A DNA stretch of 64,000 bases from an uncultured Candidatus Saccharibacteria bacterium (GCA_964608605.1 CAZSOS010000001.1:117888-181887); one strand, 5' to 3'; shown: positions 38,018 to 47,986, counted from the stretch's first letter. The notes: generated from the sequence alone by a model not told the origin. Numbers and translations are program-made.

Positions 38018-38611
38018 ATGAATACACTTATTTTCGTCTTGATTTGTGGTTTGGCATGGCTCGGCGTCTGGATTTTTACCACTTTTGTCCTTTGGCGTTT
38101 GGCGAATCGGATACTTAGAGCCAAACAGCTTTTATGGAAATTGGCCCTGATCGTTCTCTGCACCCTGTTTGCGTTTGTCTTGTCGCTAGTTCCTGTTTTT
38201 CTAGTGAAGGTATATATTTTAGAACCTTTCATTGTCGCTGGTAATACTATGGAACCTAATTACCGGAACGGAGATTTTTTGATCATCAATAAATTTCATC
38301 GTAACTTTGATCGTGGTGACGTTATTGTATTTTGGCATCCGACAAATTCGAGATATCACATCAGCCGTATCACTGGCCTGCCGGGAGAAAGCGCCGATGT
38401 CAGGCGCGTTACAGGAAATGGAATCATAGGGCTTAACACCCAAGATTACTCAATTACACTTGAGCATGACGAGTATTCAGTTCGAGCCGACAATCGTAAT
38501 TTTCCTTATGACGGAATTGATTGGGAAGTTCTGACGTTGCCTGCGGAAAACATTGTCGGAAAGATACTTCTTCAGGATAAGCTTAAACCTTTAAACCTCA
38601 ATTCTTTCTAG
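38018..38611 (+). CDS. lepB: signal peptidase I (S26 family)
   Basis: N-terminal TM, GNTMEPNY (SMxP box), GDVIVF box. Confidence 0.7.
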   Translation: MNTLIFVLICGLAWLGVWIFTTFVLWRLANRILRAKQLLWKLALIVLCTLFAFVLSLVPVFLVKVYILEPFIVAGNTMEPNYRNGDFLIINKFHRNFDRGDVIVFWHPTNSRYHISRITGLPGESADVRRVTGNGIIGLNTQDYSITLEHDEYSVRADNRNFPYDGIDWEVLTLPAENIVGKILLQDKLKPLNLNSF

Positions 38612-38645
38612 ACCAAACAATCGATATTTGGTAGGCTCGCAACAC

Positions 38646-39698
38646 ATGAAGAGACAAAAAGTATTCGTGGGCCTCTCCGGCGGCGTGGATTCATCCGTGG
38701 CCGCTTTGCGCTTGCTGAGGCAGGGTTATGAGGTGGTCGGCGTCTTCATCAAGGTGTGGCAGCCGGATTTTTTGAAGTGTGACTGGGAACGGGAACGCCT
38801 TGACGCCATGAGGGTGGCCGCGCATCTTGGCATCCCGTTTTTGACCTGCGACGCCGAAGCCGAATACAAACGGCACGTGGGCGATCACTTCGTGAACGAA
38901 TATCTGGCCGGCCGCACGCCGAACCCCGACGTGCTATGCAACCGTTTCGTCAAATTCGGCGCGTTTTGGAAGTTCGCCCGCGAAAGGGGCGCGGATTTCA
39001 TCGCCACCGGTCACTACGCGCGGACACTTAAGACCGAAGACCGTTTAGAGCTACGGCGCGGAGTCGATCAGGCCAAGGATCAGTCCTACTTCCTCTGGAC
39101 GTTGACCGAGGAGGATCTACGCCACGTCCTGTTCCCCGTTGGCGACAGCCCTAAGGCGGAGATCAGACGCGAAGCCGAGAAGGCCGGCCTGCCCACGGCC
39201 GTCAAGAAGGACAGTCAAGGCATCTGCTTCTTGGGACATATCGACATTCCGGAGTTCATCGGTCATTTCACCGACCTTTCGCCAGGCCAGGTGTTCGATG
39301 TTCATGGACAGGTGGTGGGGGAGCATCGAGGATCATTGGTCTACACGTTGGGACAGCGACACGGGTTCACCATCTTCGGGGAGAACGCCAAGCAACCGTA
39401 TTTCGTCGTCAGCAAGGATCTGGCATCGAACACGCTCATCGTCGACGTCAAACCTCCCTCGGTCGGAACGAAAAGCGATATCGAGCTGACCGAGGTCAAC
39501 TGGATAAGTGGCCGACCCGAAGGGGAGAATTTCACCGCCGTCTTCCGCTATCGGGGAGAGGCCGTGCCGGTAACTGTGGCGACGGAAGGGGGAAAGGAAA
39601 AGCTATCGCTAGGCGGCCAGACCGATAAGCCCGCTTCCGGACAATCGGTGGTTTTCTACCGTGATGAGGTTTGTCTCGGCGGCGCCGTGATAAGATAG
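38646..39698 (+). CDS. mnmA: tRNA-specific 2-thiouridylase MnmA
   Basis: PP-loop SGGVDSS, catalytic Cys context, full-length MnmA homology. Confidence 0.9.
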   Translation: MKRQKVFVGLSGGVDSSVAALRLLRQGYEVVGVFIKVWQPDFLKCDWERERLDAMRVAAHLGIPFLTCDAEAEYKRHVGDHFVNEYLAGRTPNPDVLCNRFVKFGAFWKFARERGADFIATGHYARTLKTEDRLELRRGVDQAKDQSYFLWTLTEEDLRHVLFPVGDSPKAEIRREAEKAGLPTAVKKDSQGICFLGHIDIPEFIGHFTDLSPGQVFDVHGQVVGEHRGSLVYTLGQRHGFTIFGENAKQPYFVVSKDLASNTLIVDVKPPSVGTKSDIELTEVNWISGRPEGENFTAVFRYRGEAVPVTVATEGGKEKLSLGGQTDKPASGQSVVFYRDEVCLGGAVIR

Positions 39699-39703
39699 TG
39701 TCA

Positions 39704-40660
39704 ATGCTGTGGTTCTACGGCCTGGCGGCCATCGTGGTGTCTAGCGCGCTTCTTTACATGGCCGGAGGCTTCTTGGTCGCTGGTCTGCTCCGGCTCTCCA
39801 GACACTTCAAGGTGACGGAGTTCGTGGTGGCCTTCTTCGTCATGGCCTTCGCCACTTCCTTGCCGAATCTTTTCGTCGGCGTCACTTCGGCCCTGCAGGG
39901 GATACCTGAGCTGTCCTTCGGCGACATCATGGGCAACAACATCCTGGTGATGACCGTGGCGGTGGCCTTAAGCGTCTTCTTCGCGCCGCGCCGCGAGCTG
40001 CCGGTCGAGACCGAGACCACTCTCGACACGACCTTCCTGACGGCGGCCGCGGCCATCCTGCCGCTCATCCTCATCTCCGACGGACTGATCTCGCGCAGCG
40101 ATGGTCTAGTGCTGATCCTCTTGTTCATCGGCTACGCCTACTGGCTATTCCTGCGGCGCGGTCGTTTTTCGCGCACGGTCACTGATGAGACCGACACTTT
40201 ATCTAGAGAAGCTGTCCTCCTCGACATGGTCAAGGTGATCGCCGGAGTGGCCCTCCTGACCCTGTCGGCGCAAGGTGTCGTTTATGGCGCCTCGCTCCTG
40301 GGGACCGCCATCGACATGCCGCTCGTGCTTATCGGTATCCTGGTCACCAGCCTGGGCGGCGCTCTGCCTGAGATATACTTTTCGATCATCTCCGCCCGGC
40401 GCGGCGAGATCGGCCTCATCGTGGGCGGCTTGCTCGGGGCGGTCATCATTCCGGCGACGCTGGTACTGGGACTGGTCGCCATCATTCATCCCATCCAGAA
40501 CGACATCTTGGCCTTTCCGGTCATAAACCGGCTCTTTCTGGTGGCCATCGCGCTGTTCTTCCTCTACGTCTCTCAGGCCCGCAGCGCCATCGCCTGGCGC
40601 GAGGCCGGCATCCTGCTGGGTTTCTATATTCTCTTCCTGTTGTCGCTTTTCCTGCTGTGA
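39704..40660 (+). CDS. Ca2+/Na+ antiporter family (CaCA/YrbG-like) membrane protein
   Basis: two alpha-repeat regions incl. GGALPEIYFS; ~10 TM. Confidence 0.7.
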   Translation: MLWFYGLAAIVVSSALLYMAGGFLVAGLLRLSRHFKVTEFVVAFFVMAFATSLPNLFVGVTSALQGIPELSFGDIMGNNILVMTVAVALSVFFAPRRELPVETETTLDTTFLTAAAAILPLILISDGLISRSDGLVLILLFIGYAYWLFLRRGRFSRTVTDETDTLSREAVLLDMVKVIAGVALLTLSAQGVVYGASLLGTAIDMPLVLIGILVTSLGGALPEIYFSIISARRGEIGLIVGGLLGAVIIPATLVLGLVAIIHPIQNDILAFPVINRLFLVAIALFFLYVSQARSAIAWREAGILLGFYILFLLSLFLL

Positions 40661-40681
40661 GTCGTGATAACATGAGCGCAT

Positions 40682-41512
40682 ATGCTTATCACCAAGGCCG
40701 ACGGCACCGTTGAGGAATTCGCGCCCGCCAAACTGAGGCGCTCGCTGAGGAGCGCCGGCGCTTCCGGACGTGAGATCGACGGCATCGTGCGGGAGATCGA
40801 AGCCACCGTGCGCGAAGGCACGCGCACGCAGGATATCTACAAACAGGCCTTCGCGCTCCTTAAGGGCGCGGAAAGGTCCGTGTCCGCTCGTTACTCGCTT
40901 CGTCGCGCTCTCTTCAACCTCGGTCCCACCGGCTTTCCTTTCGAAGCTTATCTGGGAAGACTTTTTAGACATCAGGGCTACGAGACGAAGACCGGCATCG
41001 TCATGAACGGTCGCTGCGCCGTTCACGAGATCGACCTGGCTGCTTACAAACCGGATCACGCTTTCATCGCCGAAGCCAAATTCCACGCCCGGCCCGGACT
41101 CAAATCGGACCTGCAAGTGGCCATGTATTCCTACGCGCGGCTGCTCGATCTGTCGGATCAGAAGATTTGCGCCGAGGACATCTGCGGCGTGAAGAACCTC
41201 AAGCTCATCACTAACACCAAGTTCACGCTGGCCGCCACCAAGTATGCCGCCTGCGTCGGCGTCGATCTATTGAGCTGGGATCATCCCCAGGAAGGGAACC
41301 TCTATGAGATGATCGAGAAAAGCAAGCTTTATCCCATCACGGTGCTCCAAGGCCTTTCGGTCAGCCAAAAACAGGCGCTGCTGTCGCAAAACGTGGTGGT
41401 CTGCCAGGATATCGTCAAAGAGCCGTCCTTGCTTTCCGGTCTCAACCTGGCCCCACGGCGGCTAGAGGCAGTACTTTTCGAAGCCCGTCAACTTTCACCG
41501 GAGAGCGTCTAG
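40682..41512 (+). CDS. ATP-cone domain fused to Mrr-like restriction-endonuclease-fold domain protein
   Basis: N-terminal ATP-cone-like ITKADGTVEEF..KLRRSLRSAG; C-terminal HEIDLAA...IAEAKFH D-(x)n-ExK; leaderless TGaTAACAT upstream. Confidence 0.6.
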   Translation: MLITKADGTVEEFAPAKLRRSLRSAGASGREIDGIVREIEATVREGTRTQDIYKQAFALLKGAERSVSARYSLRRALFNLGPTGFPFEAYLGRLFRHQGYETKTGIVMNGRCAVHEIDLAAYKPDHAFIAEAKFHARPGLKSDLQVAMYSYARLLDLSDQKICAEDICGVKNLKLITNTKFTLAATKYAACVGVDLLSWDHPQEGNLYEMIEKSKLYPITVLQGLSVSQKQALLSQNVVVCQDIVKEPSLLSGLNLAPRRLEAVLFEARQLSPESV

Positions 41513-41544
41513 CCTTATAATTGGCGGTATTATCATTACCGTAA

Positions 41545-42123
41545 ATGTTTGTTATGGCAGAAGAAAGCAACATGTCTGAAGAGAACAAGAAAACTATCAT
41601 CGCCTTCGTCGCCGGTCTGGTGGTCGGCGGTCTATTGGTCTTCGTCTTTGGCGGCACCGCGGCCGTGGTGTCCGACGAAGAGCGCGACACTGACGCGGAA
41701 GTATCGACGGAGATATCGTCCGAGCTAGAAGCGACGAACGAGGAAGAAGCTACCACCTCGATCGTGGTCCGGGAACCGGAAGCAGAGACGACTCGTCCGA
41801 CCGTCGAGGTCGGGGAGGGCCGCCTGTCGGTCGGCGATCAGCCAGCTGGATCGGTCGTGGCGTTCACTGACGCGGAGTTTCCGACCAACGAAGGCTGGGT
41901 GGCCGTCAGGGACTATCGCGACGGGCAATTGGCTGGCATCCTCGGCGCCGCCCGCTGGAACAAGTCGACCTGGCTGCTTCCCACGGAGGTGAAGCTGCTT
42001 CGGGCCACTGTCCCGGGAAATACATACGCTATCGTCTTCTACACCGATAACGGCGACCGGACCTTCAATCTGGCCACCGACGTGCAGATGTCGAGCGTCA
42101 TGGAGACCTTCAGGGCGGAGTAA
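41545..42123 (+). CDS. hypothetical membrane-anchored protein with acidic linker
   Basis: single N-terminal TM, Glu/Thr-rich segment, C-terminal beta-rich domain; terminator at 42126-42152. Confidence 0.5.
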   Translation: MFVMAEESNMSEENKKTIIAFVAGLVVGGLLVFVFGGTAAVVSDEERDTDAEVSTEISSELEATNEEEATTSIVVREPEAETTRPTVEVGEGRLSVGDQPAGSVVAFTDAEFPTNEGWVAVRDYRDGQLAGILGAARWNKSTWLLPTEVKLLRATVPGNTYAIVFYTDNGDRTFNLATDVQMSSVMETFRAE

Positions 42124-42172
42124 AGGAAAGCGCGGGCCGGCCCGCGCTTTTTCGAATGCTATAATCAGACAC

Positions 42173-42970
42173 ATGGAATTCGCCAAGAGATACAATCCCG
42201 ACCGTTCGCCCGATTGGAACTACGGCGGCCAGAAGTGGCGGCTGTCGCGTTCCAAGATCGATCTGTTCATCGAGTGTCCGCGCTGCTTCTATATCGACAA
42301 CAAGCTGGGGACCAAGCGTCCGGGCATGCCGTCTTTCAACCTCAACATCGCCGTCGACGAACTCTTCAAGAAGGAGTTCGACGTGCATCGGAAGAACGGC
42401 ACGCCGCATCCGATCATGACCAGGTACGGCGTCCAGGCCGTGCCGTTCTCACACCCTAAGATGGACGAGTGGCGCGATCCTTTCGCGGGCGTGTCGCATC
42501 TCCATGAAGCCACCGGGCTCGTGGTCTGCGGCGGCGTCGACGACCTCTGGCAGGCGGCCAACGGGAAGATCATCGTGGTCGACTACAAAGCCACTTCCAA
42601 GGCCGAGCGCATCGAGAAGCTCGGCGACTCGCCCTGGGAAAAGCAGTACCAGCGCCAACTCGGAGTCTATCGTTGGCTGCTGGAACACAACGGCTTCGAG
42701 GTCGAGGACCTGGGTTATCTGGTCTATGCCAACGCCTCAAAAGAAGAGGACGCCTTCGACGACAAGCTGACGTTCGAGACCACTTTGGTGGAATGTCCCA
42801 CCATGACCGACTGGATAGAGCCCACCCTGGCCAAGATCAAGTCCTGCCTCGAGGGTGACGCGATCCCGCCTTCGGGAGACGGCTGCGAATATTGTCCTTA
42901 TCGAGAGGCCTCGGGAAAGAAGCTCATGTCTTTGCATCTCCAGGCTAAGAAGTTAAAATCAAAAGGTTGA
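42173..42970 (+). CDS. Cas4-like/RecB-family PD-(D/E)XK nuclease with 4 Cys
   Basis: SRSKIDLFIECPRCFY N-terminal motif, GGVDDLW, IVVDYK, QYQRQLGVYRWLL (QxxxY), C-terminal CEYCPY. Confidence 0.7.
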   Translation: MEFAKRYNPDRSPDWNYGGQKWRLSRSKIDLFIECPRCFYIDNKLGTKRPGMPSFNLNIAVDELFKKEFDVHRKNGTPHPIMTRYGVQAVPFSHPKMDEWRDPFAGVSHLHEATGLVVCGGVDDLWQAANGKIIVVDYKATSKAERIEKLGDSPWEKQYQRQLGVYRWLLEHNGFEVEDLGYLVYANASKEEDAFDDKLTFETTLVECPTMTDWIEPTLAKIKSCLEGDAIPPSGDGCEYCPYREASGKKLMSLHLQAKKLKSKG

Positions 42971-42993
42971 TCAATATCACTTAAGTTCGCCAC

Positions 42994-43230
42994 ATGTCTA
43001 TTTCATCAATACAAGCCAAGATCGAAGCGGTGGAAAAGGATCTAAATAAGGCCGAAACCGCCGTTACCAGCAAACAGCAGGAAGTATCCGGCCTGAACAG
43101 TGAGATCACCGCTTTGGAGCGCTCCGTACATGACGCTCAGGGAAAGCTATTGGACCTGAAAGAGGAGTTGCGGAAGGCCGAGGCCGCGGCGGCGGACGAA
43201 AAAGCCCGACGAGAAGCCCGGACCAGTTAA
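42994..43230 (+). CDS. hypothetical coiled-coil protein (78 aa)
   Basis: heptad-rich ORF. Confidence 0.4.
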   Translation: MSISSIQAKIEAVEKDLNKAETAVTSKQQEVSGLNSEITALERSVHDAQGKLLDLKEELRKAEAAAADEKARREARTS

Positions 43231-43241
43231 CCTAGACTTTC

Positions 43242-43838
43242 GTGTACTCCTACCGCCTCGAGCAAGCCATCCGCGCCGCGGCCGTCCTGCACCAGGACCA
43301 GCGTCGGCGCGGCCGGGTACCGCTACCTTACGTGACCCACTTGGCGGCCGTGGCCTGGCTGGTCGGGGATTACACCAAGAACGAGAACGCCATCATCGGC
43401 GCTTGGCTTCACGATACGCTGGAGGACACCGAGTATTCGGCCGAGGAGCTCGAGGAAGATTTCGGCGAGGAAGTCAGGAAGATCGTCGAAGCGGTGACCG
43501 AGCCGAAGGAGAAGAACGGCAAGAAATTGAAGTGGGAGGACCGCAAAGCGGCCTATCTGGAGCGATTGAAGGTCGGACCTGAAGCCGCGCTCATCATCGC
43601 CGCCGCGGACAAGATCCACAACATGCGCAGCATCGTCGAGGAATATTACGACAACCATCAGGGCTTCATCAAGGATTTTTCAGGTTCGTTGGATGAAAGG
43701 GCCATGCGGTATCAGGAGCTTTCCAATCTGCTGAACCGCAAACTGTCTAATGATATAATCGCCGAATTCAATCACGTTTATTCCGAATATAAGAATTTTC
43801 TAGCCCATGTCAAAAGATCAGTCGAAGCCAAAAAATAA
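43242..43838 (+). CDS. small HD-domain hydrolase, RelA/SpoT-type (putative (p)ppGpp hydrolase)
   Basis: H..H ... AWLHDTLEDT HD motif. Confidence 0.65.
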   Translation: MYSYRLEQAIRAAAVLHQDQRRRGRVPLPYVTHLAAVAWLVGDYTKNENAIIGAWLHDTLEDTEYSAEELEEDFGEEVRKIVEAVTEPKEKNGKKLKWEDRKAAYLERLKVGPEAALIIAAADKIHNMRSIVEEYYDNHQGFIKDFSGSLDERAMRYQELSNLLNRKLSNDIIAEFNHVYSEYKNFLAHVKRSVEAKK

Positions 43839-45639
43839 GTCTTTTGACTATCGAGCCGTGAATACCATTCCCAAACTAGGAAAGTACAAGCTAGAATGGG
43901 ATCTCAAAGGAATCTACTACAAAAGCGCTAAAGATCCGCGCATCGAGTCCGACTTAAAGAGCGCGGAAGCGGCTTATGCTGATTTTGCGAAAAAATGGTC
44001 AGATAAGGATCTGGCAGACGGAACGATCCTCTTAAAGGCTTTGACCGAATACGAAAGCTTGGCCGGAATGCCAGCTGTCACTCGTCCTGGTCGGTACTTC
44101 TCGTTTCGTAAGTGCTTAAACGTCAATGACGCGGAAGCTGATCGGGCACTGGCTTTAATGTCTAAGCGTTTGCGTCAGGCTAGTGATCAAATACTATTCT
44201 TCACTTTGAAACTGGGCAAACTGCCTACGCCTGAGCAAAAGCGTTTGCTTAAAGAAGATGCTTTAAAGCACTTCAGGTATTTCTTAGAAAGGATCTTCGA
44301 AGGCGCTAAGCATGATCTTTCCGAACCAGAGGAGCGGATCATCCGCTTGAAAGCCCGCCAATCTTCGGGCATGTGGCACGAGGCCGTGGAGAAGATCCTG
44401 AGTAATCGCAAGATAATTTTTAAAGGAAAGGAACTGCACTTGCCTGAAGCTATCGAAACGATCGACTTACTATCGGTAAAAGATAGGGTTAAGCTTTGGG
44501 ATTTGATCATTAAAGAGTTGAAACAGATCAGTGAAGTGGCTGAGCATGAGATGAACGCCATCATCAGCGACGCGCGGGGCGAAGATGAACTTCGCGGTTT
44601 CAAGAAGCCTTATAGCGCCACCGCTCTATCTTATGAACACGACGAGAAAAGTATCGAGAACTTGGTCGCGACGGTCTCCAAAGAAGGCTTTGAGCTCAGT
44701 CAGAAATTCTACAAGCTTAAAGCCAAGTACCACGGAGTTAAAAGCCTGCATTACACCGAGAAGTATCGCTCCATCGGCCAGGAACTCGATATCAGTTTCG
44801 AGGAAGCCATGGAGATTTGTCGTGATGTCTTTTACGGACTTAAGGTCGAGTACGGTGAGATCTTTGACAAGATGTTGAGCAATGGCCAGATCGACGTCTT
44901 TCCAAAGAAAGGAAAGCAAGGAGGGGCTTTTATGTCTGATCAGACCGGACATCCGGTCCACGTATTCTTGAATCACGTGCCTAATTTCAAATCGCTAGAG
45001 ACGTTGGCGCACGAGATGGGCCATGCCATCCATGCCAGTCGCAGCGCCCAGAACTCGCCTTTGTACGATGGACATTCTATCGTTACCGCCGAAACGGCCA
45101 GCACGCTGTTCGAAAATCTAGTGTTCGAGGCTATTTACGCGCAAGTGAACGAAAAGGACAAACTTACTCTGCTTCATGATCGGATCACCCGCGATATCGC
45201 CACTATCCAAAGACAGATCGCCTGCTTCAACTGTGAACTGGAATATCACAGAACTATTACTGAAAGAGGTGCCATGGCCAATGACGAGTTTCGGGAAATA
45301 ATGGTGAAGCATTTAAAGTCGTATCTAGGTCCTGGTGTTGATGTTTCCAGCGACGATGGTTACACCTATGTGTATTGGTCACATTTGCGTTATGGATTTT
45401 ACGTTTACTCCTATACTTTCGGTCTTTTGATGAGCACGCTGATGAGTCAAAGCTATAAAACAGATAAGAGCTATATCAAGCAGTTGGATAAGTTCCTATC
45501 TGCTGGCTCTTCCGACACCGTGGTGAATATCTTTAAGTCGATAGGCATAGACACCACCAAGGAGAACACCTTCAAGGAAGCGTTGAAGAATCAAGCCGCG
45601 GACATCGCCACCTTCGAGAAATTGATCAGTCGCCGCTAG
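43807..45639 (+). CDS. pepF: oligoendopeptidase F (M3B metallopeptidase)
   Basis: HEMGHAIH zinc motif, full-length M3B architecture. Confidence 0.85.
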   Translation: MSKDQSKPKNKSFDYRAVNTIPKLGKYKLEWDLKGIYYKSAKDPRIESDLKSAEAAYADFAKKWSDKDLADGTILLKALTEYESLAGMPAVTRPGRYFSFRKCLNVNDAEADRALALMSKRLRQASDQILFFTLKLGKLPTPEQKRLLKEDALKHFRYFLERIFEGAKHDLSEPEERIIRLKARQSSGMWHEAVEKILSNRKIIFKGKELHLPEAIETIDLLSVKDRVKLWDLIIKELKQISEVAEHEMNAIISDARGEDELRGFKKPYSATALSYEHDEKSIENLVATVSKEGFELSQKFYKLKAKYHGVKSLHYTEKYRSIGQELDISFEEAMEICRDVFYGLKVEYGEIFDKMLSNGQIDVFPKKGKQGGAFMSDQTGHPVHVFLNHVPNFKSLETLAHEMGHAIHASRSAQNSPLYDGHSIVTAETASTLFENLVFEAIYAQVNEKDKLTLLHDRITRDIATIQRQIACFNCELEYHRTITERGAMANDEFREIMVKHLKSYLGPGVDVSSDDGYTYVYWSHLRYGFYVYSYTFGLLMSTLMSQSYKTDKSYIKQLDKFLSAGSSDTVVNIFKSIGIDTTKENTFKEALKNQAADIATFEKLISRR

Positions 45640-45646
45640 TTGGCAA

Positions 45647-45925
45647 ATGATCGCCGTTCTGGTTAGATATGGTTTGGGAACAAAAAAGGAGGCGTCAGTG
45701 ACCTACGCGGTGGACTTCGAGAGGTACTACGACAAAGGGGACTTTCGTTACTGGCTGCGCCGCACGCGGGACGGCACGGTGGCGGTCAGGCAGCCGTTTT
45801 ACAGCCCCAAACTGTTGGACCACTCCTCCGGCGAGACATCGGTCGATCCCCGGGACCTTCCGGATGACCTGAAGGCTCCCTTCAACATCCTCTGCGCCGG
45901 GGGCATTCCCGCTGTCGACGCTTAG
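45647..45925 (+). CDS. hypothetical small protein (92 aa)
   Basis: ORF only; followed by two terminator-like hairpins 45935-45995. Confidence 0.35.
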   Translation: MIAVLVRYGLGTKKEASVTYAVDFERYYDKGDFRYWLRRTRDGTVAVRQPFYSPKLLDHSSGETSVDPRDLPDDLKAPFNILCAGGIPAVDA

Positions 45926-46018
45926 GACATTATAAGAGCGCTCGCGCTCTTTAAGGCCAAGTACCCTTTGGGGACTTGGCCTTTTATAAAATCTCAAGAG
46001 TCTGCTATATTAGCCGAT

Positions 46019-47902
46019 ATGTCAGGAAATGAGATCCGCGAGAAATACCTGAAGTTTATGGAAGCGCGCGGGCACGCCATCGTGCCTTCCTCGGCTCTGG
46101 TGCCGGAGAATGATCCGACCACGCTCTTTACCGGCTCGGGCATGCAGCCGATGCTGCCGTACTTGCTTGGCGAAACACATCCGAAAGGCACGCGCATTGT
46201 CGATAGCCAGAAATGCTTCCGCGCCGAAGATATCGATGAGGTCGGTGACAACCGCCACACCACGTTCTTCGAGATGTTGGGCAATTGGTCGTTTGGCGAC
46301 TACTTTAAAGAAGAGCAGATCGAGTGGATGTTCGAGTTTTTGACGAAAGAAGTCGGTATCGACCCGAGTCGTTTGTATATCACTGTCTTCGGCGGCGATG
46401 ACAAAAACAACTTGCCGAAGGACGAGGAAGCACCACGGATCTGGCAACGGTTGTTCTCTTCCGTGGGCATCGAAGCCGGAGTAGCTGATATCGGTAGCGA
46501 AGCGGCCGGCTATGAGCGCGGCATCAAGGAAGGCGAGCGCATTTTCTATTACGAAGCCAAGAAGAACTGGTGGTCGAGGGCCGGCGTGCCGGATAAGATG
46601 CCGATCGGCGAGCCGGGCGGCCCGGACTCCGAGATGTTTTATGATTTCGGCACGCCGCACGACCCCAAGTGGGGTGGACATTGCCATCCGAACTGCGATT
46701 GCGGCCGCTTCATGGAGATCGGCAACAACGTCTTCATGCAGTATGTGAAGACCGGTGAAGGGCAGTTTGAAGAACTCAAAAATAAGAACATCGACTTCGG
46801 CGGTGGAATGGAGCGTATGCTGGCGGCCGCGCTCCATAGTTCGCAAAACATCGATGATGTTTTCAAAACCGATGTGTTTACACCGATAATCCGTCAAATC
46901 GAGGAGTTGTCGGGTAAAAAATACGAAGAGGCGTTGACCGCTTTCCGTATCATCGCCGACCATATCCGCGGCGCGGTCTTTATGATCGGCGATGGCATTC
47001 TGCCGTCTAATTCCGAACAGGGTTATTTCGCTCGTCGGCTGTTGCGCCGAGCCGTGCGTTATGCCGATCAGTTGGGTGTGCCGGATGGTGAGTTGAAAAA
47101 CTTGGCAGAGGGGGTTATCCACATCTATAAGACGCCTTATCCCGATCTGTTGGACAAAAAGGACAACATCATGGATGCCATCGCCCGCGAAGAGGAGCAG
47201 TTCCGTAAAACTCTCGAGAAGGGCCTCAAAGAGTTTGAAAAACTGGCCGCTCAAGGACAACTCTCCGGTGATGACGCCTTCGTGCTTTTCACAACCTATG
47301 GCTTTCCGTATGAACTGACCGAGGAGTTGGCCCGCGATCGAGGTTTGACCGTGGATAAGGAGAGTTTCGAAAACAAGATGAAGGAACACCAGGAGTTGTC
47401 TCGTTCCGGGGCTGAACAGAAGTTTAAGGGCGGCCTGGCCGATCATTCTGAGAAGGTGGTGCAGTACCATACGGTCACGCACCTGATGTTGGCGGGCTTG
47501 CGTAAATACCTGGGCCACGGCGTGCACCAGGCCGGATCCAATATCACCGGCGAACGTTTGCGCTTCGATTTCACGCATCCGGATAAAGTCGAGCGTGAAG
47601 TGCTGGATATGGTTGAGGAGTTCGTGAATAGCGCTATTCAAACCGGTGGTGACGTAACGATCGAGATGGTGCCGAAAGCTCAAGCTGAGAACGATCCTTC
47701 CATCGAAGGTAGCTTCTGGGACCGATATCCGGACGAAGTTAAGGTCTATACTGTCACTGGCCGTAATGGAGAGGTCTTTTCCCGCGAGCTCTGCGGCGGT
47801 CCGCATGTGGAGCAGCTTGAGGACATCAAAGGCCGGTTCAAGATCGTAAAGGAAGAATCCTCTTCGGCCGGAGTGCGACGGGTGAAAGCGGTACTGGAGT
47901 GA
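46019..47902 (+). CDS. alaS: alanine--tRNA ligase, short form (catalytic + tRNA recognition + editing, no C-Ala domain)
   Basis: N-terminal class II AlaRS motifs, editing-site HxxxH...CGGPHV; leaderless after gcTATATT at 46005. Confidence 0.9.
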   Translation: MSGNEIREKYLKFMEARGHAIVPSSALVPENDPTTLFTGSGMQPMLPYLLGETHPKGTRIVDSQKCFRAEDIDEVGDNRHTTFFEMLGNWSFGDYFKEEQIEWMFEFLTKEVGIDPSRLYITVFGGDDKNNLPKDEEAPRIWQRLFSSVGIEAGVADIGSEAAGYERGIKEGERIFYYEAKKNWWSRAGVPDKMPIGEPGGPDSEMFYDFGTPHDPKWGGHCHPNCDCGRFMEIGNNVFMQYVKTGEGQFEELKNKNIDFGGGMERMLAAALHSSQNIDDVFKTDVFTPIIRQIEELSGKKYEEALTAFRIIADHIRGAVFMIGDGILPSNSEQGYFARRLLRRAVRYADQLGVPDGELKNLAEGVIHIYKTPYPDLLDKKDNIMDAIAREEEQFRKTLEKGLKEFEKLAAQGQLSGDDAFVLFTTYGFPYELTEELARDRGLTVDKESFENKMKEHQELSRSGAEQKFKGGLADHSEKVVQYHTVTHLMLAGLRKYLGHGVHQAGSNITGERLRFDFTHPDKVEREVLDMVEEFVNSAIQTGGDVTIEMVPKAQAENDPSIEGSFWDRYPDEVKVYTVTGRNGEVFSRELCGGPHVEQLEDIKGRFKIVKEESSSAGVRRVKAVLE

Positions 47903-47945
47903 ACAAAGAGCGCGGGGCCGAAGGCCCCGCGCTCTTTGTTCAAAA
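47902..47945. terminator. rho-independent terminator after alaS
   Basis: AAAGAGCGCGGGGCCgaaGGCCCCGCGCTCTTT. Confidence 0.8.
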
Positions 47946-47986
47946 CTCGCTTCGTGTTTTCGCCATCACCCCGCTATAATAGGGGC

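Noticed and set aside
46022-47806. 594-aa minus-strand ORF antisense to alaS
   Set aside because: The + strand encodes a full-length, strongly conserved AlaRS. The antisense ORF is Arg/Leu/His-rich low-complexity, as expected for a spurious ORF in GC-rich DNA.
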